From: Planctomycetota bacterium
GTDB lineage: Bacteria; Planctomycetota; JAJSAM01; JAJVHW01
Direction: 5' to 3'
NCBI GenBank assembly: GCA_965248445.1
Contig: CBDFJG010000003.1
Span: 896,001-960,000 of the forward strand
DNA length: 64,000 bases
Each line of letters opens with the position of its first letter. The stretch's first letter is position 1. Below the pieces are notes generated by a model. That model was not told where the DNA came from and did no database searches. It saw only the letters and a list, made by a program, of their open reading frames with translations. Below, piece by piece: positions 18,946 through 29,571 of the stretch. Position numbers and translations under genes: made by a program.

Positions 18946-21900
18946 ACCGGTGGAAGCACCCTCGTCCGCGAGGGCGGGCATGCTACCCGAGGGCGCTTTG
19001 GCGGCGCTCGGGCCATCTGGTCCTCGCCGCAGGCTGGGCGGAGCGTAGCCGCGCCGGATGAGCTCGGCCTCCAGATCGTCGGCCAGGCGTCGGGCCGCCG
19101 TCGCCGAGACGTGGTCCCCGCCCTCCTCCACGGCCGCCAAATCTCGCAGCAGGCGCAGGAACAGGGGGTCCCGCGCCCCGGACGCCCGTAGGAGCCCCAC
19201 GGCGCGGCGCAGGAGCGGGCGTGCGTCCTCCCGTCGGCCTTGGTCGAGGGCGACACGCGCGCAAGCGGAGAGAGCCCGTGAGAGCGAACGAGGGCGGCCG
19301 CCCCGGGTCGCCAGGGCGAGCGCAGCGTCCGCCCGGTCGCGGTCTCCGGAGAGTTCTGCGGTGGTGGACAGCAACTCGACGCGTGCGCGCGGATTCACAC
19401 GCGGGTCCGTGAGTCCGTCGTGCGCGGCCGCAAGCACCGCAGCGGGTGGTCCGGCGGCGCGTGTGATCTCGAGCCGGGCGAGCACGATCGCCGTCGCGCT
19501 CTCGCCGTCTTCGACTCCCTCGGCGGCAGCCTCCGCTCGGGCCAGCAGAGTCCCGGGATCGCTCCCCTCTTCCCGCGCCCCGCGGAGCACGGCGGCGCGC
19601 GCACCGTGGGCGAGCGCGGACGCCGCACCTGCCGGATCGCCCTCCTCGTCCAGCGACTGCGCGGCGCGAGCCAGCGTCTCGGTCGCGCGCGCCGGCATGC
19701 CGGCGTCGAGTTCGAGCCGCCCTCGACTTGCCAGTGCACGCGCCACGCCACGGCGATCGCCGATGCGGCGGTGGATGATGCCGGCTCGCTCGTACGCGCT
19801 CAGCGCGTCAGCGCGGTGGTCCAGCGCCTCGTGGGCCTTCCCGACCTCGCGCCACGCCGTCCCAACCGCCGCCAGGTCTCCGATCTCCTGGCGACGGGCG
19901 AGAGCCCGCAGCCCCCAGCGCAGCGCGCGCGTCGTGCGACCGTCACGCAGGTTGGCCGCCGAGAGCACGGCGTAGGCATCCGCTCCCGCGATACGGTCGT
20001 TGGCATCTCGCGCGATGCGCAACGCTTCACGCGAGTGAGCGCGTGCCTCGGCCGTGCGTCCGGCCGCGGCGGCGAGCCGGCCCCGGAGAGCGTACGCGCG
20101 CCCGAGCGCGCGCCGATTCTCGCTGCTGCGCGAGGCCTCCTCGGCGCGCTCGAGATACGAGGCGGCAAGGACTACTTCGCCGCGGCGCTGGTGCAGCCCC
20201 GCGAGGTGCACGAGCGACAGAGCCACCTCGTCCCGCAGGCCGCGCTGCTCCCGCAGCGTGAGGCCGACGGCGTAGGCGTAGAGCGCATCCTCGTCGCGTC
20301 CGAGTGACGCGAGGACGCGTCCTAGCTTCGTGTGCGCGGTCGCGAGCACTCCCCTCTCCGGCCGGTGCGCGGGAGACTCGTCGATGACCTGCGTGTACGC
20401 GCGTTTGGCGCCCTGGAGGTCGCCTGCGAAGCGGAGCGACTCGCCGCGCTGCATCAACAACCGCGTCCGCTGCCGCCGCGTGGGCCGAACGTGGCGATCC
20501 TCGACCAAGGCGTCGGCGGCGCTCACCGCGCGGTGCGCTCGGCCGAACGCTTGCCGCCGTCCGAGACGCTGCGCGGCGCGCAGATACGCCTCGAACGCGT
20601 CATCGTGGCGGCCCGCACCCTCGAGGTGACGCGCGAGTCGGAGTGCGTCTCGACCTGCTGCGCTGGGCTTCGCCTCGAACGCCCTCGCGGCGTGCGCGTG
20701 GACATCCCGATACAGGTCCGCCTCGTCGACGCGCGTCATGCGCGCCAGCATCTCGGGCAGCATGGGCTCGCGGAACCGGATGCGCAGTCGTGCGCCTCCC
20801 GTCTCGCGCAGCACGCCCTCCCGTTCGAGGACGGAGAGCGCCTCATCAACGGTCGCGTCGTCCCCGTATGCGCCGCGCACGATCTCGGCATCGGTCGCGT
20901 CGCCGAGCGTCGCCGCGACCCGGGCCAGTCGCTGCGCGGGCGCCGAGAGGTGATCGAGACGGCGCACGATCAGCGCCTCGGCACCTGGTGGGACGATCTC
21001 CCGCAGGACTTCCGGCCGGAAGTACGTCGCCGCCGTCCACCGCCCGGCTCGGGTGGCGAGCAGCGGCTCGCCCGCCCGCCGCGCGGTGCGCAACCCGCGG
21101 ACGAGCTCGCCCACGAACAGCGGATTGCCGCCGGAGATCCGGTCGATCTCGTCGTACAGCCAGGGCGCCGACGTCGGGAAGTCGTTCGGCGACAGAGCCG
21201 CGTCGACGAGCTCGCGCACGGCCTCCCCGCCCAGCGGTCCGAGGCGGACGACACGCACGGGCGTGCCGCGCGCCGCCTCCTGCTCGACCAGTCCCCGGAT
21301 CTCGGCGGCCGCCGTGTCGTGTTCCACGGTCTCTCGCGCGGTCATCACAAGGAAGAGCGGGACGCCTTCGGCCGCGGCTGCCCGCAGCATCGCCAGCGCG
21401 ATCCGCGCGACCTCCATGTCGCGCTCCACGTCCTCGAGAACAAGCAGGAAAGGGCGCTGACGCGCGAGTCGAACCGCCAGACGCGCCCACATCTGGGCCG
21501 GACTCTCGCCGCGTGGAAGTTCGCGCCCGCGCAGTTCGGCCGTCAGGAAGTCGAGGAGTTCGGACTCTCCTCGAACTGCGCCGCCGAGCACAGATACGAG
21601 CTCCGCCGTGACTCCCGCTTCGTTTCGCGGCGCTGTTTCCGGTCGCAGCAGTCGGCGCAGTCCCTCGCGAAGCGCGCCGCGGACGTCTGCCCCTCGCGCC
21701 AGCGACCGCCCGCGCACGGCGCGAAAACCGGAGCCCTCGGCCGTGCGCCGCAACTCGCGGCCCATCCGTGTCTTGCCGGATCCGAGCGGACCCAGCACGA
21801 ACGCCGCGGCGGGACCGCTCCGCGCCTGCTCGAGCAGTTCGAGGAGCGTGGCGCGCTCGCCGGCCCGCCCGATGAGCGGCAGGCGGTTCTCCCCCGCCAC

Positions 21901-23299
21901 CGTGACCCTGAGTGGCTCTCCGCGCACGATGACCCGCGCACCGGACTCGTCGCGATACCAAGCCCGCGGTGCCGGCATCTTGAACGTGCCCTCACGAAGC
22001 GCTCGAACGTTCCACGAGACTCGGAGTGGCGCGCCCTGGGCCGTTGGCGAGACGCTACCGCGGAATCCGGAGCGGAATCCGGGTGGCCGCTCGAACGCAT
22101 TCGGATCCGGCGCTCGGTAAGGGACGACCACCTGCTCCACGGCATCCCTGCCGCTGTTGCCGAGGAGCAGAGTCAGGAGGATGCGGTCTCCGGGCGCCGG
22201 CGTTCGCGGGCGGATCTCGAGACCCTCGATGTGGATCTCGCCTGACCCGGTGCGGCCGAGGGTCGGCGTGGCTGCCGGGCTTCGCCGCGACGTCGGCGCG
22301 TAGCGAATGGCGTCTTCCGTCGCGTGCCCGCAGATCGAGCACTGCTCCCGAGGCGTCACCGTCTGCCATCCGCAGGACGGACAACTGAGCGCTCCCTCGG
22401 CCGCGACCCACAGCGCCGCGTCCTCACGTAGTTCGCTGAGTTCGCGCAGCACGACCCCGAAGTCGGACGGCCGATCGGCCGGGTCGCGCTCGAGACACGC
22501 TGCCACGAGCGACTCGAGCCCGGCGGGCGCGTCCTCACGCAGCGTGGAGACCAGCGGCGGTCGCTCACGGAGCACCCGCCAGACCAGTTGCGAGAGTGTC
22601 GTCGCGGGGAACGGAAGCTGACCGGTCAGCGCGTGGTGCACCAGGGCGCCGAATGCGTACACGTCGCTACGAACGTCGGCGCGCTGCGCGTCGCGCAACT
22701 GCTCAGGTGCGGCGTAGAACGGAGTCCCCGCGCCCAGCCCCTCACCGACGACTCCGTCTGGTCGATCGAGAGCGCGCGCGATTCCGAAGTCGCTCACCTT
22801 CGTCACACGGTGGCGAGTCAGAAACACGTTTTCCGGCTTCAGGTCGCGGTGAACGATGCGCGGACCGGTTCGTGTGACGCCATGCGCGTGTGCCATGCCC
22901 CACGCGATGCCGGTGGCGACGTCGACCGCGACCGGGATCGCCAGCCGGCCTTCGTCAACGATCGCATCTCCGAGCGTGGGTCCGTCGACGTACTCGAGGA
23001 ACAGGTAGGGGCGCTCCGTTCCGCCGGTCGCTATCTGCTCGAGGAACAACGCCTCCACCACGTTCTCGTGCTGACCACAGGGACAGCCACGTGCTGACCT
23101 CTGCGGCGAAGCGCGCGAGCGTCCCGCTGTCGAGATCGCGATCCAGCCGCGGAGTCTTCGCAGCCATGCGGCCGCCGGTCGCCGGGTCCGAGACGATCAG
23201 AACGTGCGCCATGGCGCCGTTCAAGACAGCGTCAATGCGCCAGCGGCCACCGAGAAGGTCGCCGGTTCGGAACGGTAGGACGAACGATGTCTCGGTCAT
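18511..23299 (-). CDS. Ser/Thr kinase - Zn ribbon - Ig-like - STAND/AAA ATPase - TPR protein; one extra base at about 23077 splits the N-terminus
   Basis: AAK, HRDLKPEN, DFG, APE; CPSCG..CSICG; IGR..E and GPLGSGKT; TPR-like helices. The kinase N-lobe is in another frame starting at ATG 23299. Confidence 0.85.
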
Positions 23300-24387
23300 G
23301 CACTCGCGGGACGACGCCGCGGCTCTCCGGCCGGTTGACGCGGGGCCGGCCGGAGCAGATTCCCGAGGATGGTCTGATAGGCCTCGCACGGCGTCCAGCA
23401 GTTCGGGCAGTCGCCGCGCGCGATCTCCCTCTGCAGCGCCTCCGTGCGCTCATCGCGCCACATCCCCAGGAGGTCGAAGTCCCGCTCGCGGAGACTACCG
23501 AGCGGCCGGTCGTACATGGAGCACGGATAGACGTTCCAGCGCGGATCTATGAAGACGGACGCCGACAGCGCCTTGCAGGGCAGCGGGTTCTGACCCGAGC
23601 GGATGAAGTCCTCGGAGAGGCTCTGGTAGCGACGCTCCAGCCACCCAACGGGATGGAAGCGGTGCCCCTTCTGCCGGAGGAACTCAGCGACGTCGCCCAG
23701 GGCGGCGGACTCCGTCCGCTCCATCTCTTCATTCGCGTAGTAGTGCGAAGACACCTGCGCCACGTTGACGTGGAATTCATCGAGCCGGATGTCGGGGATC
23801 TCGGCGCGCACGGCGTCGATCGTGGCGAACAGCGCGCCCTTGTTGAAGTTCGAGAGCGTCATGCCGAGGAACGCGCCAAAGCGGCCGGATCGCCGGCGGC
23901 GCAGGCGCGCGAACGTGTCGACGGCGCGGTCGAACGCGCCGTCGCGCCCCCGGATCTCGTCGTGCACGTCGCGCGGTCCGTCGAGCGAGACGGTGACCAG
24001 CAGCTTGGGGACACCCTGTTCCAGAATCGCGGCCACGCCGTGGTCGATGCGCTCCGGCTGCTGGCCAGTCGTGGGGAAGTCGAGCAGATAGAGATCCGGA
24101 CTGCCGTCGACAACCGCCGCGATGAGCTCCTCGGCGTCCGGACGCGTCCAGATCTCGCCACCAGAGAGGTTGATCCACGAGAAGTACGGGTTCTGTTCGA
24201 AGAACCGGCTGACCTCCGGCACCGTCATCGTCCCGGCTTTCGGGCGCTGCCAGATATTGCACATCTTGCAGCGCGTGTCGCAGCCGAACGTGACGATCAG
24301 CGTGAGCTTGTAGGGACGCGATCCGCGCGCGACGTTCGAGCGCAGCGCGCGCACACCCAGTTTGGCCATTCGTCCGATGCCGCTCAT
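23296..24387 (-). CDS. Radical SAM protein with SPASM/Twitch domain
   Basis: CDTRCKMC, SGGE, SLDG, C-terminal C..PC..CPNCWTPC. Confidence 0.9.
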   Translation of the reverse strand: MSGIGRMAKLGVRALRSNVARGSRPYKLTLIVTFGCDTRCKMCNIWQRPKAGTMTVPEVSRFFEQNPYFSWINLSGGEIWTRPDAEELIAAVVDGSPDLYLLDFPTTGQQPERIDHGVAAILEQGVPKLLVTVSLDGPRDVHDEIRGRDGAFDRAVDTFARLRRRRSGRFGAFLGMTLSNFNKGALFATIDAVRAEIPDIRLDEFHVNVAQVSSHYYANEEMERTESAALGDVAEFLRQKGHRFHPVGWLERRYQSLSEDFIRSGQNPLPCKALSASVFIDPRWNVYPCSMYDRPLGSLRERDFDLLGMWRDERTEALQREIARGDCPNCWTPCEAYQTILGNLLRPAPRQPAGEPRRRPASA

Positions 24388-26036
24388 CTGTCCGCCCATT
24401 CTCGCAGGCGCGCGGCGAGATCGGGGTCCAGATGCGCGCGTACCAGCTTGATGAGGGTGTCGAGTCGAGCGTCCCAGAGGGGACGCTCGTTCACCGGAAG
24501 CTGCGGCGTGGGCTGCCTCAGCCAGCTCTCGAGAGTGTCTCGGGCTCGCGGGCGATCCTCCATGATGAGCGTCAGATACGCGGCGAGGAGCTGCGCGAGC
24601 GGCTGTAGTCCGGCGCGGTTCTCCTGGCGGTCGCCCGCGGCGTACAACGTGGCGGACGCGAGGTACTCGTCTCGCGCGCGCCGAAACAACAGGCCGCTAC
24701 CAGCGGGTTCTGCATCAACCGCTGCGGCCTCGAGCGCCTGCGCGTGGTGGAAGCGTGTCTTCGCGTCTTGCGGCGACGCTTTCACAGCCAACTCGAGGTG
24801 CGGCAACGCCTCCGCGGTGCGCCCGTCGCGCAGAGCGGTGAGCCCGAGCCAGTGAGCGGCTCGCCAATGCCCCGGGGCGGCCGCCGCCGTGCGCGTCCAC
24901 AGCGACGTGTCCGACCGGAACGCGGCACCCGCCGAGACGGCGAGGACGAGAAGCATGCCGGCCGCCAGCGCGACCGGCGCCAGCAGCGACGGACGGCGGT
25001 CGAGCGCACGCGCCACCACCCAACCAAGAGCGGGCAGGGCGAACAGAATGAAACGGTCCGCAACGCGGATGTTCAGCGGCACGACGAGTTGCACGAACAG
25101 TGTCGGAACGAGGGCGACCAGGAACCAGAGCGCAGGTCCCCGTGTCTCCTTGCGGAACAGCGCGATCACCGGGAGCAGCGCCGCGGCAGCGACCAGCAGT
25201 CGCGTGGCGCCGCGCGGCGGCCAAGGCATCTGCCAATCGAACACCGGACGCACCGGTAGCCAGGTGACCGCGAACTGGTGGCCGAGCATCCCGAACAGCT
25301 CTCCCGATTCGGGTGTTCCGGTCGGCAGACCGCCCTCCTGGAACGGCTCATCGAGCATGAGGTGCCGCACGACCACGAACGCGGCCGTGACGATGGCTGC
25401 GGCGACCGCGCGACGGCGCACGCTCGGCCACTCCCGCCCAGAGGCAAGGAGTGTGATCAAGACGAGAGCCGGCCACACCACGGCCTGCTCTTTCGAGAGG
25501 AGCGCGGCGGCGCCCAGCACGAGTGCCAGCGTTCCGCGCCCTCGCAGGTCGGCGAGCAGAGCGCCGAGAACGAGGGCGTACGCCATCAGATCTCCACGTG
25601 ACGACAGCCACGCGACGCACTCGGCCTGCACGGGATGCACCGACACGACCAGCGCGCCGACTGCCGCCGCACGGGCGTTCGCACTGAAGCTGCCGAACAG
25701 CATCGTCAGCAGGAACGCGCCCCACCCATGGATGAGAAGCGACACCGCGCGGGCGGCCCACGTCGCATCGCCGAACGCGGCGCGGTCCAGCGCGAACGAC
25801 AGCGTCCGCAACGGCCGCCACAGACCGGCGTGTGTGCCGTCCCCCGTCTGCACGCTGGGATCGGAGAACGCGCGCCAGAGGATCTCGGGAAAGCCGAGAC
25901 TCCCGTTCGACTCGATGAACCGGTGGTCGTCATAGACGTACCCGCCCGTCACGGTCGGCAGGAACGCGACGACGGCGATCACGCCCACCATGCAGGCCAG
26001 GCGGCCGAGCCGGCGGTTGCTGTCCTGGTCGATCAC
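24384..26036 (-). CDS. TMTC-like GT-C membrane glycosyltransferase with TPRs
   Basis: YVYDD, WRPL, HPVQAECVAW..SR, LLSKE, ADRF and SLW motifs; many TMs; C-terminal TPR. Confidence 0.8.
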   Translation of the reverse strand: MIDQDSNRRLGRLACMVGVIAVVAFLPTVTGGYVYDDHRFIESNGSLGFPEILWRAFSDPSVQTGDGTHAGLWRPLRTLSFALDRAAFGDATWAARAVSLLIHGWGAFLLTMLFGSFSANARAAAVGALVVSVHPVQAECVAWLSSRGDLMAYALVLGALLADLRGRGTLALVLGAAALLSKEQAVVWPALVLITLLASGREWPSVRRRAVAAAIVTAAFVVVRHLMLDEPFQEGGLPTGTPESGELFGMLGHQFAVTWLPVRPVFDWQMPWPPRGATRLLVAAAALLPVIALFRKETRGPALWFLVALVPTLFVQLVVPLNIRVADRFILFALPALGWVVARALDRRPSLLAPVALAAGMLLVLAVSAGAAFRSDTSLWTRTAAAAPGHWRAAHWLGLTALRDGRTAEALPHLELAVKASPQDAKTRFHHAQALEAAAVDAEPAGSGLLFRRARDEYLASATLYAAGDRQENRAGLQPLAQLLAAYLTLIMEDRPRARDTLESWLRQPTPQLPVNERPLWDARLDTLIKLVRAHLDPDLAARLREWADR

Positions 26037-26042
26037 GAGTGA

Positions 26043-27236
26043 CTACCCGGCGCCGGCTGCCGCGTGCTCTGTGTCGTGAGTCGTCGCGAGAATCTGCCGC
26101 GCGCGATCCTCGACCTCACCGACCGTGATGCCCAGGACGCACACCGGCATCCGACAGAGCGACGTCCGGTAGTTGAGAGTCGTCAGACAGGGGCTGCACG
26201 GCAGAGCACGGTAGAACGCGTGGCTGCCCGCGGAGAGCGGTCCATAGAGGCGGGGAGTGTTCGGACCGAAGATCCCCAGCACCGGCGTCCCGACCGCGGA
26301 CGCGATGTGCACGGGCGCCGTGTCGTTGGCGACCACGAGCGTCGCGCCGTCGATCAGCGCGGCCAACTCAAGGACGCCGAATCTGCCCGCGGCATCGAGC
26401 GCGCGATCTGGCCGCGTCATTCCGGCAACGACGCGGGCGGTGAGTGGCCGCTCCCCCGCGGTCCCCGTGACCACGACGAACGCGCCCTCCCGCGCCACCA
26501 GGCGGTCCGCCAGGGCGGCGAACGACGCGGATGGCCAGCGGCGTCCCTGGAAGTTGTCGCCGCTCCCGGGGTGGAGAACCACGACGGGACCCGTGCCATC
26601 CGACTCTTCCAGGACGCGGTCCACAAGCGCGCGTGCCGCGGTCGGAATCGGTGGTGCCATGACGCGGTAGGTCTCGTCCCGGACTCCCGCGGACCGAGCC
26701 AGGTCCATGTACGTCTGCGACATGTGCTGCATGTCGTCGAACCGAACCTGCTTGTGATACAGGCGCGTCCGGACGGAGTCCGGCGTGGCCAGGCCGATCA
26801 CCTGATCACTCCCGGCAAGCGCGGCCAGCACCACCGACGCGCGTGCAAACTGCTCGAAGTCCACCGCGACGTCCGGGCGCGCCCGCCGGGCACGCCACAC
26901 GGCCACGCAGAGCGACCAGACGAGCGACAGGGCGCCGCCGTCCCGGATGTAGATGCGCTCGTCGAGGTCGGCGCAGGCATCCAGCAACTCGCGGTTCCTC
27001 GCGAGCGAGACGAACACGATCTTGGCGTCGGGGCTGCGCTCGCGAATCAGTCTCACGATCGGCAGCAACAGCACGATGTTGCCCAGACCCCAGAACTTCA
27101 CCAACAGGATGGTGCGGGCGCGCACCGGCCGCTCGTCGCGGCTCACAAATCCGCGTAGCGTTCGCACGACCGCGATCGCGCGACAGAACACGGCACCGAG
27201 CCACCGATCGGCGGCTTTGGCGGCCGTGAGGTTCAC
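26043..27236 (-). CDS. Glycosyltransferase family 9 (heptosyltransferase-like)
   Basis: GLGNIVL, HPG..RRWP, NDTAPVHIASAVGTP..FGP, CSPC..C..C. Confidence 0.9.
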   Translation of the reverse strand: MNLTAAKAADRWLGAVFCRAIAVVRTLRGFVSRDERPVRARTILLVKFWGLGNIVLLLPIVRLIRERSPDAKIVFVSLARNRELLDACADLDERIYIRDGGALSLVWSLCVAVWRARRARPDVAVDFEQFARASVVLAALAGSDQVIGLATPDSVRTRLYHKQVRFDDMQHMSQTYMDLARSAGVRDETYRVMAPPIPTAARALVDRVLEESDGTGPVVVLHPGSGDNFQGRRWPSASFAALADRLVAREGAFVVVTGTAGERPLTARVVAGMTRPDRALDAAGRFGVLELAALIDGATLVVANDTAPVHIASAVGTPVLGIFGPNTPRLYGPLSAGSHAFYRALPCSPCLTTLNYRTSLCRMPVCVLGITVGEVEDRARQILATTHDTEHAAAGAG

Positions 27237-28375
27237 AGCGCCGCCCGCCCGTTGCCGCGCTTCCGACGGCCCCGCTGCCACAAGAGGTTCAGCTCGGTGT
27301 GGCAGTTCCAGTAACACGCCCGGCAGTGCGACAGCGAGCGGCGGGCCGCGGCATACTCGTCCGACTTCCAGAGGGCGACGAGGTCCCGGCCACTCACCTG
27401 CCCGATCGGACGATCCACCTCCGAGAGCGGGACGCACGGGAACACGCGGCCGTACGAGTCCACAACCAGGGAGGTGTCCGGGGCGTGGCAGCGCAGAGGC
27501 GAAGGGCGGCCAGCGAAACAACGCGAGAACAGTCCGATGTACTCCGCGCTGTTCTCGATGATCGCGCGTTCTCGCTTGAGGCGCTTCAGTGTGGCGACTG
27601 CGGCCTCCATGTCCGCGGCCCACGGGCGCTCCGGGGCAACGGCGTCCAGTGCGTCGCCATCGCGGTACTCGTGCATGGGGATGAACCCGAGCGAGTCTGC
27701 GCCGAGTGACTCGACCAGATCGGCCACCGCCTCGACCTGCGACGCATTGTCGGGCGTCAGAACCGTCGTGACGCCAATGCGGGTACGACGCTGCCCGCCG
27801 CGGGCATTTCGATCGCGGGCGGCGGCCAGCGCCGCGACGCGGTTGGTGACGCGCTCGAACGACCCGCGGTGCGCCCGCAGCCGGTCATGGACTTCCGCCG
27901 TCGCGCCGTCCAGTGACACGTTCACCGAGTCGAGCCCCATGGCGGCGAGTTGGTCGATCAGCGCGTCATCGAGCAGGTGCGCGTTCGTGTTCACGTGCGT
28001 GACCATGCCCAGTGAGAGTGAGTACTCGAGCAACTCCGCGCAGTCCGGGCGCAGAAACGGCTCTCCACCGGTGAAACCGATCCCGGCGGTGCGCAGGTCG
28101 CGGAACGCGCGCAAGATGCCCTTCCACTGAGCCGTGTCGAATTCGCGGAAGCCCTCCTTGCGCCGCCGCACGAAGCGGTCGGGCAGTTCGCAGAACGTGC
28201 ATCGGTAGTTGCACGAGTACGAGAGGATCACCGTGCCGAGCAGCGGCCCGGCCGGTGCGTGACCCTTCCGGAACGGGACGAACGGACCGAGAGTCTTCAG
28301 ACCCGCGTCGAGTACCGCCGCCCAGCCGCCGCTCGCGAGGCGGGACCGCACGACATCCAGGTACTGCTTCCTCAC
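27233..28375 (-). CDS. Radical SAM protein with SPASM/Twitch domain
   Basis: CNYRCTFC, FTGGEP, SLDG, CRACYWNC. Confidence 0.9.
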   Translation of the reverse strand: MRKQYLDVVRSRLASGGWAAVLDAGLKTLGPFVPFRKGHAPAGPLLGTVILSYSCNYRCTFCELPDRFVRRRKEGFREFDTAQWKGILRAFRDLRTAGIGFTGGEPFLRPDCAELLEYSLSLGMVTHVNTNAHLLDDALIDQLAAMGLDSVNVSLDGATAEVHDRLRAHRGSFERVTNRVAALAAARDRNARGGQRRTRIGVTTVLTPDNASQVEAVADLVESLGADSLGFIPMHEYRDGDALDAVAPERPWAADMEAAVATLKRLKRERAIIENSAEYIGLFSRCFAGRPSPLRCHAPDTSLVVDSYGRVFPCVPLSEVDRPIGQVSGRDLVALWKSDEYAAARRSLSHCRACYWNCHTELNLLWQRGRRKRGNGRAAL

Positions 28376-29361
28376 CGGAACCTCTTGGAGACCGACGGGT
28401 GCTCATACTCGCCGCAGCGTGCGCAGAGATCCGGGAACGCGCGCGCAGCGTGCGCCGCGCGGATCTCCCGCATGCGCTCCCCGTTCCAGATCTCGGTGAG
28501 ACTCTCCTCGCGTGCATCCCCGACCGCGAGCGTGCCCTCGCTGTCGACGCAACACACGGTTGCGCGCCCGTCCCAGAGCACCACGAGCGTGCCGCGCCAC
28601 AGCTCGCGGCATGGCGTCGTGCGTCGTTCCGCGACGATGCGCGGGATCGCCTGGACGCGGTCGGCGATGCCTTTCCAGTCCGCGAAGTACGTGTCGAGTG
28701 CGCCCTCCGTCGCCTGATCCACGACCATCGAGATGTCGATGCGCAGGCGGGAGCCGGCTGCGTCGCGATCGTGGACCAGAGCGAGGATGTCCTCGCGCAG
28801 GACGCTCAGGTCGTAACCTCGGATCGCGTGATGCGTCGCGTGGTCTCCGTCGACGGAGAACGTGATCCGTTCGAGTCCGCACTCGAGCAGGCCGACCCTC
28901 TTCGCCGGGTCGAGATGTGTGCCGTTCGAGGTGATCATCGTCCGCACACCGCGATCCGCGGCATAACGCGTCAGCTCGAAGAACTGCGGGTGGAGAAGCG
29001 GTTCTCCCCACTGGAACGCGAGCACGAAGTCGAGTTGCGGGTTCTCATCGATCACCCGCCTGAACAGCGCCGGATCCATGTAGCCCTTGGGACGCCGCAT
29101 CGTCGTGTTGACCGGGCAGATCGTGCAACGCAGGTTGCAGTGATTGGTCAGCTCGAGGTTGACGCTGGACAGAACGTGCGAGCGCGGACTGCGCCGCCGG
29201 AACGCGATCTCGTTCCGCACGGCGTTGTGAACGGAGCCGAGGTTCGGGAACTTCACCTCGAGTAGCTCGCGCACGTCGGGCTTGCGCAGGTAGTAACGCG
29301 CGCCGACCGAGGCGATCAACCCCGCCACCGTGCGTTCGAGCCGTCCGGCCTGCCTAGGCAT
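28372..29361 (-). CDS. Radical SAM protein with SPASM/Twitch domain
   Basis: CNLRCTIC, GEPLLHP, C..W..DG..CC.D..CARC. Confidence 0.9.
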   Translation of the reverse strand: MPRQAGRLERTVAGLIASVGARYYLRKPDVRELLEVKFPNLGSVHNAVRNEIAFRRRSPRSHVLSSVNLELTNHCNLRCTICPVNTTMRRPKGYMDPALFRRVIDENPQLDFVLAFQWGEPLLHPQFFELTRYAADRGVRTMITSNGTHLDPAKRVGLLECGLERITFSVDGDHATHHAIRGYDLSVLREDILALVHDRDAAGSRLRIDISMVVDQATEGALDTYFADWKGIADRVQAIPRIVAERRTTPCRELWRGTLVVLWDGRATVCCVDSEGTLAVGDAREESLTEIWNGERMREIRAAHAARAFPDLCARCGEYEHPSVSKRFR

Positions 29362-29571
29362 ACGCGCCTTCTCCGCTCATCTCCTCACCCATTCCAACAA
29401 CCCGTCCAGCACGAACAACCGGTCCAGCAAGACGGGGCGCGTGCCGTCGGCGCGCGCCCCGCGATCTCACTCCGGCGAGCAGCCCGCATGTCACGGACCG
29501 TATCGCACTGTTAGCCCCATCCGCGTCAGCGGATGGGCCAGATGATTTTGCTACTGCAACTCCACGGACCC

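Noticed and set aside
29354..29380. Mini-ORF MSGEGAYA as a RiPP precursor for the radical SAM enzymes
   Set aside because: GAGGAG abuts the ATG with no spacing, the radical SAM ATG has its own well-spaced GGAG, and no peptidase, transporter or RRE gene is present.
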